From positions 85,512 through 149,511 of the forward strand of contig JAMWBU010000001.1 of the NCBI GenBank assembly GCA_023819255.1: a stretch of 64,000 bases of DNA, in the 5' to 3' direction. The DNA is from Candidatus Omnitrophota bacterium (lineage in GTDB: Bacteria; Ratteibacteria; UBA8468; B48-G9; DTJG01). The notes under the pieces are model-generated. The model worked only from the letters and a program-made list of their open reading frames with translations. It was not told the origin of the DNA and searched no databases. Below, one piece after another: positions 45,911 to 55,465 of this stretch. Position 1 is the first letter of the stretch; each line of letters opens with the position of its first letter. A program made the translations under genes and the position numbers.

Positions 45911-47581
45911 TTATGCAAGACCTCCTATCATTTCCTTCAAGCTCGCGCCGGCCGGCACCATAGGAAACACATTTTCTTCTGGTTCCACGATGCAATCCAC
46001 AAAGACAGGACCTTCTTTATGAGAAAATGCTTTTACGAGTGTTTTTTTCAAATCTTCCTTTTTTATGACCCTGTATCCAACCGCTCCATAAGCTTCTGCG
46101 ACCTTTACAAAATCAGGTTGTTTTCCCTTCAAGCAAGTAAAAGCATATCTCTTTTTGTAAAAAAGTTCCTGCCACTGTCTTACCATTCCGAGACAACCGT
46201 TATTGAGAATAATGACTTTCACAGGAATTTTTTCCGCTACGGCTGTGCTTAATTCCTGAATATTCATCTGAATGCTTCCATCGCCGGCAATGTCAATTAC
46301 AACTTTATCCTTATTAGCAACCTGGGCACCAATCGCGGCGGGGAATCCAAAGCCCATTGTTCCAAGCCCGCCAGAAGAGATGAATGTTCTTGGATTTTTG
46401 AATTTGTAATACTGCGCGGTCCACATCTGGTTCTGTCCGACCTCTGTCGTGATTATCGCATCGCCTCCGGTCAATTCTGAAATAGTTTCAATAACAAACT
46501 GTGGTTTCAGACCATCAGTGTTTTTATAGGTGAGCGGATATTTCTGTTTCCATTCACTGATTTTTTCAAGCCATTCTATTATATTTATCTCTGGAGCGTT
46601 ATTGACAAATTGTTCAAGGACAATTTTGACATCTCCTACGATCGGAACATTAACAGGCACGTTTTTTCCTATCGACGCGGGATCTATGTCGATGTGGATG
46701 ATTTTCGCTTTTGGAGCAAATGCGCTAATTTTTCCTGTGATTCTATCGTCGAATCTACATCCGGCTGCAATCAAAACATCTGTTTCCATTATTGCGTTGT
46801 TGCCATATACTGTTCCATGCATTCCCACCATTCCGAGATGCAGTTTGTGTTCAGTAGGAAAACTTCCCAGACCCATCATTGTGAGCGCAACAGGTATTTG
46901 TGTTTTTTCAACAAACATTCTAAGTTCTTTTGATGCATTGGCGCTTATAACTCCGCCACCAGCCAGAATAAGTGGTTTTTTTGAAGTGCTGATCAAAGAA
47001 AGCGCCTTTTCTATTTGCAAAGGATGGCCGTTAAATACAGGTTTATAGCTTCTTATTTCAATCTTTTCAGGATAATGAAATTCGATTTCAGCCCTTTGCA
47101 CGTCAACAGGAATATCTATAAGCACAGGGCCGGGTTTTCCTGTTCTTGCAATATAGAAAGCTTCTTTGAATGTCGTGGGGAGTTCATCGATGTTTTTTAT
47201 CAGATAATTATGCTTTGTTATAGGTCTTGTAATTCCGGTTGTGTCTACTTCCTGGAACGCGTCGTTTCCAATCAGGTTTGTTGCAACCTGTCCGGTAATT
47301 GCCACAATTGGGATTGAATCCATATACGCTGTAGCAATACCGGTGACAAGATTTGTAGATCCAGGTCCAGATGTGGCTAAACAAACCCCAACCTTTCCTG
47401 ACGATCTTGCATAGCCATCTGCCGCATGAGCTGCTGCCTGTTCGTGTCGGGTTAATATGAACTTTATTCCGCTGTCATAAAGGGCGTCGCAAAGGGGAAG
47501 TACAACTCCTCCTGGATATCCAAATATGACTTCAACATTCTCTTTTTTTAAACACTCAACGATCGCTTTTGCTCCTGTCAT
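45911..47581 (-). CDS. ilvB: acetolactate synthase large subunit (ThDP-dependent)
   Basis: [17 protein letters not shown], the ThDP motif [15 protein letters not shown]...[14 protein letters not shown] and [14 protein letters not shown]. Confidence 0.95.
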   Translation of the reverse strand: MTGAKAIVECLKKENVEVIFGYPGGVVLPLCDALYDSGIKFILTRHEQAAAHAADGYARSSGKVGVCLATSGPGSTNLVTGIATAYMDSIPIVAITGQVATNLIGNDAFQEVDTTGITRPITKHNYLIKNIDELPTTFKEAFYIARTGKPGPVLIDIPVDVQRAEIEFHYPEKIEIRSYKPVFNGHPLQIEKALSLISTSKKPLILAGGGVISANASKELRMFVEKTQIPVALTMMGLGSFPTEHKLHLGMVGMHGTVYGNNAIMETDVLIAAGCRFDDRITGKISAFAPKAKIIHIDIDPASIGKNVPVNVPIVGDVKIVLEQFVNNAPEINIIEWLEKISEWKQKYPLTYKNTDGLKPQFVIETISELTGGDAIITTEVGQNQMWTAQYYKFKNPRTFISSGGLGTMGFGFPAAIGAQVANKDKVVIDIAGDGSIQMNIQELSTAVAEKIPVKVIILNNGCLGMVRQWQELFYKKRYAFTCLKGKQPDFVKVAEAYGAVGYRVIKKEDLKKTLVKAFSHKEGPVFVDCIVEPEENVFPMVPAGASLKEMIGGLA

Positions 47582-47637
47582 TTGTGTTCCTGCTTACGTT
47601 GTGATAATTGTTATCGTGGACTCAGTTTATTCAATTC

Positions 47638-47666
47638 ATTATAAGATGACATGAGGACAGTGTCAA
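47638..47666 (-). promoter_or_regulatory. consensus sigma-70 promoter for ilvB-ilvN-ilvC
   Basis: On the minus strand: TTGACA (47666-47661), exactly 17 nt, TATAAT (47643-47638), lying 56 nt upstream of the ilvB ATG. The -35 starts 5 nt after the purA stop. Confidence 0.55.
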
Positions 47667-47671
47667 GAAAT

Positions 47672-48943
47672 TTAACGCTTTATTATTTGTTCTCTTGAGG
47701 ATCCCACAGAAATCGCTGTAATTTTTGCCTTAACCAGTTCTTCTATTCTTTCAATATATTTTTTTGCTTTATCGGGAAGCTCAGAAAACTTCGAAGCGCC
47801 ACTTATGTCTTCGTTCCAGCCTTCCATTTCTTCGTACTGAACTTCAACATTTTCAAAAACACTGGTGTCAAGCGGATATGCATAAATTTCAGATCCATTA
47901 TAAAAATATTTGACGCCAATTTTTATAGTTTTAAGTCCTGATAATACATCAAGTTTTGTTATTATAAGTTCGTCGATGCCATTCAATCTGGATGCGTATT
48001 GGACAATAATTGAGTCAAACCACCCGCATCTTCTTGGCCTTCCTGTTGTTGCGCCAAACTCATTCCCAATAGTTCTCAGTTTTTCGTTCAGTTCATCTTT
48101 AATTTCAGTTGGGAATGGCCCCATGCCAACTCTTGTTGTATATGCTTTTGCCACGCCTATTATTTTTCCAATTCTTTTTGGGCTGATTCCGAGTCCAGTG
48201 CATACGCCACCCGAAATTGGGTTGGATGCGGTTACAAAGGGATAAGTCCCGAAATCGATGTCAAGAAATGTTCCCTGGGCTCCTTCTGCAAGCACCCGTT
48301 TTCCACAGTCCAGTGCATTATTCAGATAAATGGAAACATCTGAAGCAAGTTCTTTCAATTTATTACGATATTTACTGTACTGGCTGGCCAGGTGATCTGC
48401 TTTTATAACATTTTCTTTGTAGTATTGCTGAAGGAGATAATTTTTTAATTCGAGGGCGATATGCAATTTTTTGATAAACATTTCTTCGTTCAGGAAGTCA
48501 GAAACCCTTACGCCAACCCGTCCGTATTTATCCGCATAGGTAGTGCCAATCCCCCTGCCCGTTGTACCGAGCTTTTTATCTCCTCTTTTTTTATCTTCTA
48601 TCTGATCGAGAATCTTGTGGTAGTGAAGTGTTAGATGGGCGTTTTCAGCTATCAGAAGACGTCCAGCGAAATTTACGCCCTGATTTTCAAGATCTGTTAG
48701 TTCCTGAAAAAAGGATTCGGGATCAATAACAACGCCATTTCCAAGAACTCCTGTAACATTTTTATGAAGAAGTCCTGATGGCACAAGATGAAATATAAAC
48801 TTTTTGTTGTTGTAAACAACTGTATGGCCTGCGTTTGCTCCTCCCTGATATCTTGCGACTATGTCATGATCCTCTGCAAGCGTGTCAATGATTTTGCCTT
48901 TGCCTTCGTCTCCCCACTGCATTCCAACGACCACAGTAACCAT
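47672..48943 (-). CDS. purA: adenylosuccinate synthase
   Basis: VVVGMQWGDEGKGKIID, GGANAGHT, TTGRGIG and TTGRPRRCGW. Confidence 0.96.
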   Translation of the reverse strand: MVTVVVGMQWGDEGKGKIIDTLAEDHDIVARYQGGANAGHTVVYNNKKFIFHLVPSGLLHKNVTGVLGNGVVIDPESFFQELTDLENQGVNFAGRLLIAENAHLTLHYHKILDQIEDKKRGDKKLGTTGRGIGTTYADKYGRVGVRVSDFLNEEMFIKKLHIALELKNYLLQQYYKENVIKADHLASQYSKYRNKLKELASDVSIYLNNALDCGKRVLAEGAQGTFLDIDFGTYPFVTASNPISGGVCTGLGISPKRIGKIIGVAKAYTTRVGMGPFPTEIKDELNEKLRTIGNEFGATTGRPRRCGWFDSIIVQYASRLNGIDELIITKLDVLSGLKTIKIGVKYFYNGSEIYAYPLDTSVFENVEVQYEEMEGWNEDISGASKFSELPDKAKKYIERIEELVKAKITAISVGSSREQIIKR

Positions 48944-50023
48944 TTACTCTCCTATTTCTCTTATGATTGCTTCACCCATCTCGGTTGTGCTTGCTCCTGA
49001 CACACCTTCGGGTTTGAAATCGTATGTTGTGTATTTACCTTCTTTTATAACCTTTGACAGCGCTTTTTCAAGTCGATTTGCAGATTCTATTTCGTCAATA
49101 TGGCGAAGCATCAATATTGCTGCCAGTATTTGAGCAGAAGGATTGACGACGTTTTTTCCCGCATATTTTGGAGCGCTTCCATGAGTCGGTTCAAAGATAG
49201 CGATATCGTCGCCGTAGTTTACTCCTGGAGAAAGTCCGAGTCCGCCGACAAGCCCGGCGCAAAGATCTGAAAGAATGTCCCCATATAGATTGGGACACGC
49301 AAGGACATCATACTTTTGAGGTTTTTGAATAAGCTGCATAGCCATGTTATCGACGATCCTGTCTTCGAATTCAATGTCAGAATATTCTGTTGCGATCTTT
49401 CTCGCGACATCGAGAAACAATCCATCCGTGAACTTCATTATGTTTGCCTTGTGAACAGCCGTCACCTTTTTTCTACTGTTCTTGCGCGCATATTCAAAGG
49501 CAAACCTGATAATTTTTTCAGAACCAGAAATAGAAATTGGTTTTATGCTGATGCCGCTGTCCTGTCTTATTTCCTTACCCAGCATGCTGTTTATTTTCTG
49601 AATGACCTCGAGCGTTTCTGACTTTCCAATTTCAAATTCCACTCCCGCATATAAATCTTCCATATTTTCCCTGATAATAACAAGATCAATCTGCTGATAT
49701 AAAGTTCTGGTTCCTTGATATACCTTAAAGGGCCTTACGCACGCGTAAAGATTGAAAATCTGTCTCAGCGCAACATTTATACTTCTATATCCGCTTCCGA
49801 CAGGCGTTGTTATAGGACCCTTCAAGCAGATTTTGTTTCTTTTGATTGACTCTATTGTACTTTGTGGTAATGGGTCTCCGTATTTTTCGATCGCAGGTAT
49901 ACCTGCTTCACATTCTTCCCATTCTATATCTACTTCTGTCGCTTCTATGCATTTTTTCGTAACTTCTGTTATTTCTGGACCTATTCCATCGCCCGGGATC
50001 AATGTTATTTTGTGTTTTTTCAT
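48944..50023 (-). CDS. icd: isocitrate dehydrogenase (NAD(P)+), short IDH/IPMDH-family enzyme
   Basis: [44 protein letters not shown] closely parallels E. coli ICD [26 protein letters not shown].RP, including the substrate Ser. Also IIRENMEDLYAG, LYGDILSDL and FEPTHGSAPKYAGK. Confidence 0.7.
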   Translation of the reverse strand: MKKHKITLIPGDGIGPEITEVTKKCIEATEVDIEWEECEAGIPAIEKYGDPLPQSTIESIKRNKICLKGPITTPVGSGYRSINVALRQIFNLYACVRPFKVYQGTRTLYQQIDLVIIRENMEDLYAGVEFEIGKSETLEVIQKINSMLGKEIRQDSGISIKPISISGSEKIIRFAFEYARKNSRKKVTAVHKANIMKFTDGLFLDVARKIATEYSDIEFEDRIVDNMAMQLIQKPQKYDVLACPNLYGDILSDLCAGLVGGLGLSPGVNYGDDIAIFEPTHGSAPKYAGKNVVNPSAQILAAILMLRHIDEIESANRLEKALSKVIKEGKYTTYDFKPEGVSGASTTEMGEAIIREIGE

Positions 50024-50517
50024 ATTTGAAAGTCCCTGTATTTTTTCAAATAGTTGGCCACTCCACCTTCGTTGATGATTTTGAGCAGAAAATCAGGTAG
50101 AGGCCTGATCTGTATTATCTCTTTTTTTGCTTCGTTAAAGATTTTTCCTTCAGCAAGGTCGATTCTCAATATATCATTCTGTGAAATTGAATCTGTATTT
50201 GCTTCTATAAGAACAAGGCCGACATTTATCCCGTTTCTGAAAAATATTCTTGCGAAGCTTTTTGCAATTATTGCACCGATTTTTGCATATTTCAATGCTA
50301 AAACCGCCTGTTCCCTTGAAGAGCCACAGCCAAAATTATTGCCGGCCACTATGAAATCGCCAGGACCTATTTTTTTTGAAAAATCCGGGTCGATGTCTTC
50401 AAATATGTGTTGGGCGAGTTCAGACATATCAAGAGTTTTGAATTTATATCTTCCTGATATGATGTAATCGGTATTAATGTCATCCCCAAACTTATGCGTT
50501 TTTCCTGTCAGTTCCAT
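50020..50517 (-). CDS. LeuD/HacB-type aconitase-family small subunit, second copy without adjacent large subunit
   Basis: [29 protein letters not shown] and [14 protein letters not shown]. It has an ATGA overlap with icd, and GGGAGGAG lies upstream of the ATG. Confidence 0.8.
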   Translation of the reverse strand: MELTGKTHKFGDDINTDYIISGRYKFKTLDMSELAQHIFEDIDPDFSKKIGPGDFIVAGNNFGCGSSREQAVLALKYAKIGAIIAKSFARIFFRNGINVGLVLIEANTDSISQNDILRIDLAEGKIFNEAKKEIIQIRPLPDFLLKIINEGGVANYLKKYRDFQI

Positions 50518-50539
50518 ATCTCCTCCCGACGATTAAAAT

Positions 50540-50568
50540 ATGATAACCCAATCCGTTGACAAGGTCAA
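50540..50568 (-). promoter_or_regulatory. putative sigma-70 promoter for the leuD-like/icd/purA operon
   Basis: On the minus strand: TTGACC (50568-50563), 17 nt, TATCAT (50545-50540), lying 22 nt upstream of the ATG at 50517. The strong SD GGGAGGAG lies between them. Confidence 0.4.
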
Positions 50569-50605
50569 AAAATTAGACTTTGCGATAAGAGGATTTTCAA
50601 ATTTT

Positions 50606-51298
50606 TTATGTCCTTGCAATTGTAAGAACAATACTTTTTTTTGCTCCTGCACGGTTAAGCGTTTTTTGCACTTCTTCTACTGTGGCGCCAGTTGTGTAAA
50701 CATCATCTACTATGAGAACGATTTTGTTTCTGACCAGAGACGCCTTTTTTACTTTGAAAGCATCCCTGACATTTTCCTTTCTTTCAGCAGGACTGAGATC
50801 TGTTTGAGAACGGTTGTTTTTTTGTTTGACAACGACGTCATAAACGGCAGGTTTTTTTTGTATTTTTCCAAGTTCGTGAGCCATCAGCCAGCTCTGGTTA
50901 AATGACCTTAAAAATTCCCTGACAGGATGAAGTGGAACCGGAATTATCATATCAAATTCAATTTCTGGATGTTCGTTTATAAAATTATTCATCCAGCGAG
51001 CGAAAGATAAAGCAATCCATTTTCTTTTTCCGTATTTAAGGGTATGTATTGCTTCCTTCACCGGACCTTCGTAGATAGCGATGGAAAATACTTTTTCTTC
51101 TTTTAATGGCGCGGGGATGACGCGCGTAAAACATTCTTTGCATAAGCAATATTTTTCAACGGCCACATATCGTTTACATCCCGGGCATCTTTCTGGAAAA
51201 AACAAGTCTATGATATGATGAAATAATATGGAACTCTTGAAAAAAATGAAATTAGAAAAGCGATATTTTTTTGAAGAGTTTGGCAATTTTTTTGTCAT
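50606..51298 (-). CDS. comF: ComF-family protein (phosphoribosyltransferase-like, ComFC/GntX type)
   Basis: N-terminal Zn-finger-like FPERCPGC...CLCKEC and the C-terminal PRT motif IVLIVDDVYTTGATV. The start is uncertain. The ATG at 51298 would overlap the divergent lptF-like gene, and a TTG at 51205 (giving MFFPERCPGC) avoids this. Confidence 0.75.
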   Translation of the reverse strand: MTKKLPNSSKKYRFSNFIFFKSSILFHHIIDLFFPERCPGCKRYVAVEKYCLCKECFTRVIPAPLKEEKVFSIAIYEGPVKEAIHTLKYGKRKWIALSFARWMNNFINEHPEIEFDMIIPVPLHPVREFLRSFNQSWLMAHELGKIQKKPAVYDVVVKQKNNRSQTDLSPAERKENVRDAFKVKKASLVRNKIVLIVDDVYTTGATVEEVQKTLNRAGAKKSIVLTIART

Positions 51299-52319
51299 GG
51301 CTTTGCTTATTTTCCCCTTTCTTTTTATGATAAGTCCCCTTATGTGGTTTATGGATTTAATTATAAACCATTTTTTTACGGTTGTAACCGCTGGCAAATT
51401 TTTCATTTATTCTTTTCTGGAAAACATTCCTGACATTTTTTCTCTGGCTTTCCTTACTGCTATGGTTGGCACAATTGCCCGGATGAATATGGAAAAAGAG
51501 TACTGGATATTTTTAACCTCTGGAATTTCAGCAAAACATATTTTTAATTTTTTTGCTTTTTTCGCAGTGCTTTTTGTGATTGTTGAATTCTGGTTATGCT
51601 TTTTTGTTTCACCATCTGCGATGTTCAAAAAAAAATTGCTGCTCAATCAGGCTCGTCTGGATGAACCTTTTAAGATATTCAGGCGCAAGTCTTTAATTAC
51701 AGAATTTCCTGGTTTGAGCATTTATGTGGCAGATGTTTTAGACAGACAATTGATGAGAATCAGTATTTCATATAGAGAGGGTTCAAATCTGGTTTGCAGG
51801 ATTGTTGCCGAAAGCGCGACGCTTATTACAGATAAAAAGGGATATCTTTATCTTTCTTTGAAAAACGGTTTCATTGAAACTCATTCTACAAAAAAATTAA
51901 GCGAAGTCTTAAAAGTTTCGTTTGGAACCTATATTTTCCATTTACCATACCGAAAAATTTCGGGTTTCCAGCCATACAGAAAGGTCAAAGAAATGAGCCT
52001 TCCCTTATTGATCAGGGCGAGTTTTTCTTCAATAAGCTCCAGGGATGCGGCGCTTGTTATTATAAAAAAACTATTTTTTACCTCTTTTCCCGTGTTTTAT
52101 TTGTTTTTGGGGTTTTATGCAGGAATCAGGATTAAAGCGTCAGGATATTTACAGATTCTTGGCGCAGGTCTGTCTATAGGTCTGGCTTCGTATTTTGTCA
52201 TTCTTTTTGGCGAGGCAGCTGTTTATAAAACTGGAATTACCGCCATGTTTTTAGTCGCTCCGCTTTCGTTTATTACTGTTACATTGCTTATTAGAAGGAA
52301 GTTTTCTAATGTCACTTAG
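51246..52319 (+). CDS. lptF: LptF/LptG-family LPS export permease (YjgP/YjgQ)
   Basis: The N-terminus MKLEKRYFFEEFGNFF resembles the family's M.ildrY..kEf start. The topology is three TM helices, a periplasmic beta-jellyroll-sized loop, then three TM helices. It is followed by a paralog. The ATG at 51228 is an alternative start. Confidence 0.65.
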   Translation: MKLEKRYFFEEFGNFFVMALLIFPFLFMISPLMWFMDLIINHFFTVVTAGKFFIYSFLENIPDIFSLAFLTAMVGTIARMNMEKEYWIFLTSGISAKHIFNFFAFFAVLFVIVEFWLCFFVSPSAMFKKKLLLNQARLDEPFKIFRRKSLITEFPGLSIYVADVLDRQLMRISISYREGSNLVCRIVAESATLITDKKGYLYLSLKNGFIETHSTKKLSEVLKVSFGTYIFHLPYRKISGFQPYRKVKEMSLPLLIRASFSSISSRDAALVIIKKLFFTSFPVFYLFLGFYAGIRIKASGYLQILGAGLSIGLASYFVILFGEAAVYKTGITAMFLVAPLSFITVTLLIRRKFSNVT

Positions 52320-53331
52320 AAGCAGGTATTTAATTCGAAACATGTCGGGATTTTTTGTGCTTTTGCTTTTTTCTATTTGCTTGCTGCTTCTTTTTGTGCA
52401 GACATTCTGGAGTTTTATTGACGCACGGCATACAGGTGTTTTTCCATGGAAGATGTGGATTATAAATTTTTATGATAGCTTTCAGATGCTGTTTCCATTT
52501 ATCACAATTTTGAGCGCTCTTTTTATGTTTTCTGAAATGGAAAGGTCCAGACAGTTTCTTGTTTTCAAATTGCACGGAATTTCTGAACTTCAGATATTCA
52601 TAATTTTTATTTTTTTTGGTTTTTTGTGTTCCATACTTTCATTTATTTCTGGAAATTTTCCTCCGTATTCGGGTCAACAGCGGAAAGAAAGCAAGACTTC
52701 TGTTCCGTTGCACTTTACAACTGATGAGTTTTTTTTATATGTAGAAAATTGCACGATGCGGGGATCTGGAGAAAATGTTATTTTTAAAATGAAAAAAAAT
52801 AACCTTTTTTTCAGCTGTCAGGCGAGGAGAGTCCGATTTTTTGAAAGGAAGATGGTTTTTTATGAAGGTTATGTTTCGTATGACGATGTAAATCATAAAA
52901 ATTTTGACTCGCTGGATCTGGATGTGAACTTTGATCCTCTGGCTTTGATTGAATATTTTTTTTCTGCCCTTGAACGGCAGCCGTTTTTTAAGCTGAGATC
53001 TATTTTAAAATCCGTCGAGCGACTTGGTATAAGGTCTGGTTTTGATTGGATAATTCTCTATTCAAAGATATCTTATTCTGTCTTAAATCTATTCATAACA
53101 ATGATTATAATTCCATTTTTCTTCGCAATTAAGAATCTATCGAGGGTTAAAATTTTTATTATAGCTATTTTTCTGACGCTTGTTATCTATGTTCTTTATT
53201 CCGCAGGCATTTCGCTTGGAAAGGCCGAGCTTATTCCCTGGCAGATTTCTCCCTGGATTTCGCACTTTGTATTGCTTTGCTTTTTTGTTATCTACTTGTC
53301 ATACATCAAGGTAAAAATGTATAATTTATAA
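52309..53331 (+). CDS. lptG: LptF/LptG-family LPS export permease (YjgP/YjgQ), second subunit
   Basis: MSLRSRYLIRNMSGFF, the same TM3-loop-TM3 layout, and an 11-nt overlap with the preceding paralog. Confidence 0.6.
   Translation: MSLRSRYLIRNMSGFFVLLLFSICLLLLFVQTFWSFIDARHTGVFPWKMWIINFYDSFQMLFPFITILSALFMFSEMERSRQFLVFKLHGISELQIFIIFIFFGFLCSILSFISGNFPPYSGQQRKESKTSVPLHFTTDEFFLYVENCTMRGSGENVIFKMKKNNLFFSCQARRVRFFERKMVFYEGYVSYDDVNHKNFDSLDLDVNFDPLALIEYFFSALERQPFFKLRSILKSVERLGIRSGFDWIILYSKISYSVLNLFITMIIIPFFFAIKNLSRVKIFIIAIFLTLVIYVLYSAGISLGKAELIPWQISPWISHFVLLCFFVIYLSYIKVKMYNL
53296..53325 (+). promoter_or_regulatory. putative sigma-70 promoter for glyS operon embedded in the last codons of lptG
   Basis: TTGTCA (53296-53301), 18 nt, TATAAT (53320-53325) with TG immediately upstream. 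The glyS ATG is 43 nt downstream, with AGGA 8 nt before it. Confidence 0.35.
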
Positions 53332-53368
53332 TGCTGCATAAAAAATTTAGATTTTTCCAGGATATTAA

Positions 53369-55465
53369 ATGAAAACAGAACACCTTTTAATTGAAATAGG
53401 ATGTGAGGACCTGCCTGTGTGGGCAGGAAAACATTTTATAGAAAGATTCAAGCTGTTATTTCTCGAAGAGCTGAGCGCTCGCAGGTTGGCTGCAGGAGAA
53501 ATAATGTTTTTTTTCACAAACAGGAGGTTGGTTATTTTTGTCAGGGACCTTCCTTCCAGGTCGGCTGCCGGGCAGAAGGAGGTAACAGGACCTGGTTTTG
53601 AGAACTCTTTTGATGAAAATGGGCAACCAACCCGCGCTGCAATTGGTTTTGCCAGGGCTCATGGTGTTAGCATTTCTTCTCTCAAAGTCAAAAATATAAA
53701 TGGCAGGAAGGTTGTTTACATAGTAAAAAAAATCCCTGGTTTTTCTGTATCCTCTATTATTTCAGGAATTTTCGCTTCCGTTATGAAAAAAATTGAGATC
53801 CCGAGGGGAATGAGATGGAATAATTCAAAAGATGTTTTTTACAGGCCTGTTCGCTGGATTCTCGCTTTGTATGGAAAACAGAAGATTGATATTGAGTTTG
53901 GTGGTATCAAAAGCTCCAGATACACATTCGGACACAGATTTCTTTGTCCGCAAAAAATAAAAATTTCTGACTGGAAAGATTATTTTGACAAAACTCAGAA
54001 GGCATTTGTTGTTCTCGGGGAAGATTTAAGAGAAAAATTTATTCTCAATCTTCTTGAAAAGAATATTAAAAATGGAGAATCTTTTGAGAAATCTGCGGCA
54101 GCAAATTTGGCTAATCTTATTGAATACCCGTCTGTTATAAGGTGCAATTTCCCTGCGGTCGACTACACTATTCCTGAAGAAGTGTTGAGGGTTCTGATTG
54201 AAAAAGCAAATGGCGTCCCAATTTTTCGCGATGGGCACCTTGAGAAACAGTTTTTTGTTGTCTGCGATGGAAATTCAAGCGAAATTGTCAGGATAAACTA
54301 TGAAAATCTGTTAAGAACAAGGATTCTTGATGCTCAATTCTTTTTTGATTCGGACATTTCTATTACTCTCGATGAAATGAAAAAGAAGCTTGACAGAATC
54401 GTTTTTCATCAGCGGTGGGGTACTATGGCTAAAAGGGTTGAACGTTTGAGATTGCTCTCCAGCGAGATTTCAGACATACTTGGATTTAATACGATCTTCA
54501 AGAATATTCTTGTGAGAGCTGCGGAATTATGCAAGCATGACCTTGCTTCGGAAATGGTACGGGAGTTTCCCGACCTGCACGGTACAATGGGAGCAATATA
54601 TGCCCGCCATTCTGGAGAAAGCAAAGATGTTTGTGAAGTGATTTCCCGATACAAATACCCGGTGTATTCCGCAGATCCCCTGCCTGAAAACGATTGCGCT
54701 GTTGTTCTCGGTATTATTGACAGACTTGATTTGATATGCGGTTTCATCGCGGCAGGAGTGGATGTTTCAGGTTCAGAGGACCCATATGGATTAAGGAGGA
54801 CAGCCAGTGGTTTCTTTTCCCTGGTTTTAAAATTAGGGATTGAACTGGATTATGCTGGCATTGTTGAAAAGATTCTGGATGCGTATGGTGTTTCCGGACA
54901 GGATCTTGTTCTTTCGAAAAAAAATATTGTTGAATTTTTAATTCAAAGATTTGAATCGTATCTTGATACCGAAGGATTTCCGAAGGGACTTAGAACAAGC
55001 GTAATTTCAATTGACAGGATGGATTTTGTGAAAACGCGAAAGAAACTTAACGCAATAAGGGATTTCATAATAGAAACAAAAGAAGCCGACGCTATTCTGG
55101 TTCCTGTTACCAGGGTCGCGAATATCTTAAAACAGGCAAATGAAAAAGGAATTGTTGTTTCTGAATTCAACTCGATCCTTTTAAGGGAAGCAGGCGAAGT
55201 GGCTCTCGCCAAATATTATGATAGATTTTCAAAAATGGCTGAAGAAACTCTTCAAAATGGCGATTATTCGGGGTTTCTTGGTGTTATATCAGAATTGAAG
55301 AGTCCTGTGGATGAATTTTTTTCTAATGTTCTTGTTATGTGTCCGCAGGAGCAATTGAAAGTTAACCGTCTTTCTCTGCTGAAAAAATTTAATGATATTT
55401 TTATGAAATTTGCAGATTTTTCGTTTATCAGAGAAGAGGACATAAAAAATGTCAGGAAAAATTGA
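53369..55465 (+). CDS. glyS: glycine--tRNA ligase beta subunit
   Basis: LLIEIGCEDLPVW at the N-terminus, 698 aa, RFESYL and an anticodon-binding-type C-terminus typical of GlyS. Confidence 0.9.
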   Translation: MKTEHLLIEIGCEDLPVWAGKHFIERFKLLFLEELSARRLAAGEIMFFFTNRRLVIFVRDLPSRSAAGQKEVTGPGFENSFDENGQPTRAAIGFARAHGVSISSLKVKNINGRKVVYIVKKIPGFSVSSIISGIFASVMKKIEIPRGMRWNNSKDVFYRPVRWILALYGKQKIDIEFGGIKSSRYTFGHRFLCPQKIKISDWKDYFDKTQKAFVVLGEDLREKFILNLLEKNIKNGESFEKSAAANLANLIEYPSVIRCNFPAVDYTIPEEVLRVLIEKANGVPIFRDGHLEKQFFVVCDGNSSEIVRINYENLLRTRILDAQFFFDSDISITLDEMKKKLDRIVFHQRWGTMAKRVERLRLLSSEISDILGFNTIFKNILVRAAELCKHDLASEMVREFPDLHGTMGAIYARHSGESKDVCEVISRYKYPVYSADPLPENDCAVVLGIIDRLDLICGFIAAGVDVSGSEDPYGLRRTASGFFSLVLKLGIELDYAGIVEKILDAYGVSGQDLVLSKKNIVEFLIQRFESYLDTEGFPKGLRTSVISIDRMDFVKTRKKLNAIRDFIIETKEADAILVPVTRVANILKQANEKGIVVSEFNSILLREAGEVALAKYYDRFSKMAEETLQNGDYSGFLGVISELKSPVDEFFSNVLVMCPQEQLKVNRLSLLKKFNDIFMKFADFSFIREEDIKNVRKN

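Noticed and set aside
46530-47048. 172-aa plus-strand ORF, plus 46610..46933 and 47015..47317
   Set aside because: They lie antisense to and entirely inside the strongly supported ilvB. The products are low-complexity (Ile/Phe/Ser/Leu-rich) with no motifs, which is typical of shadow ORFs in AT-rich coding DNA.
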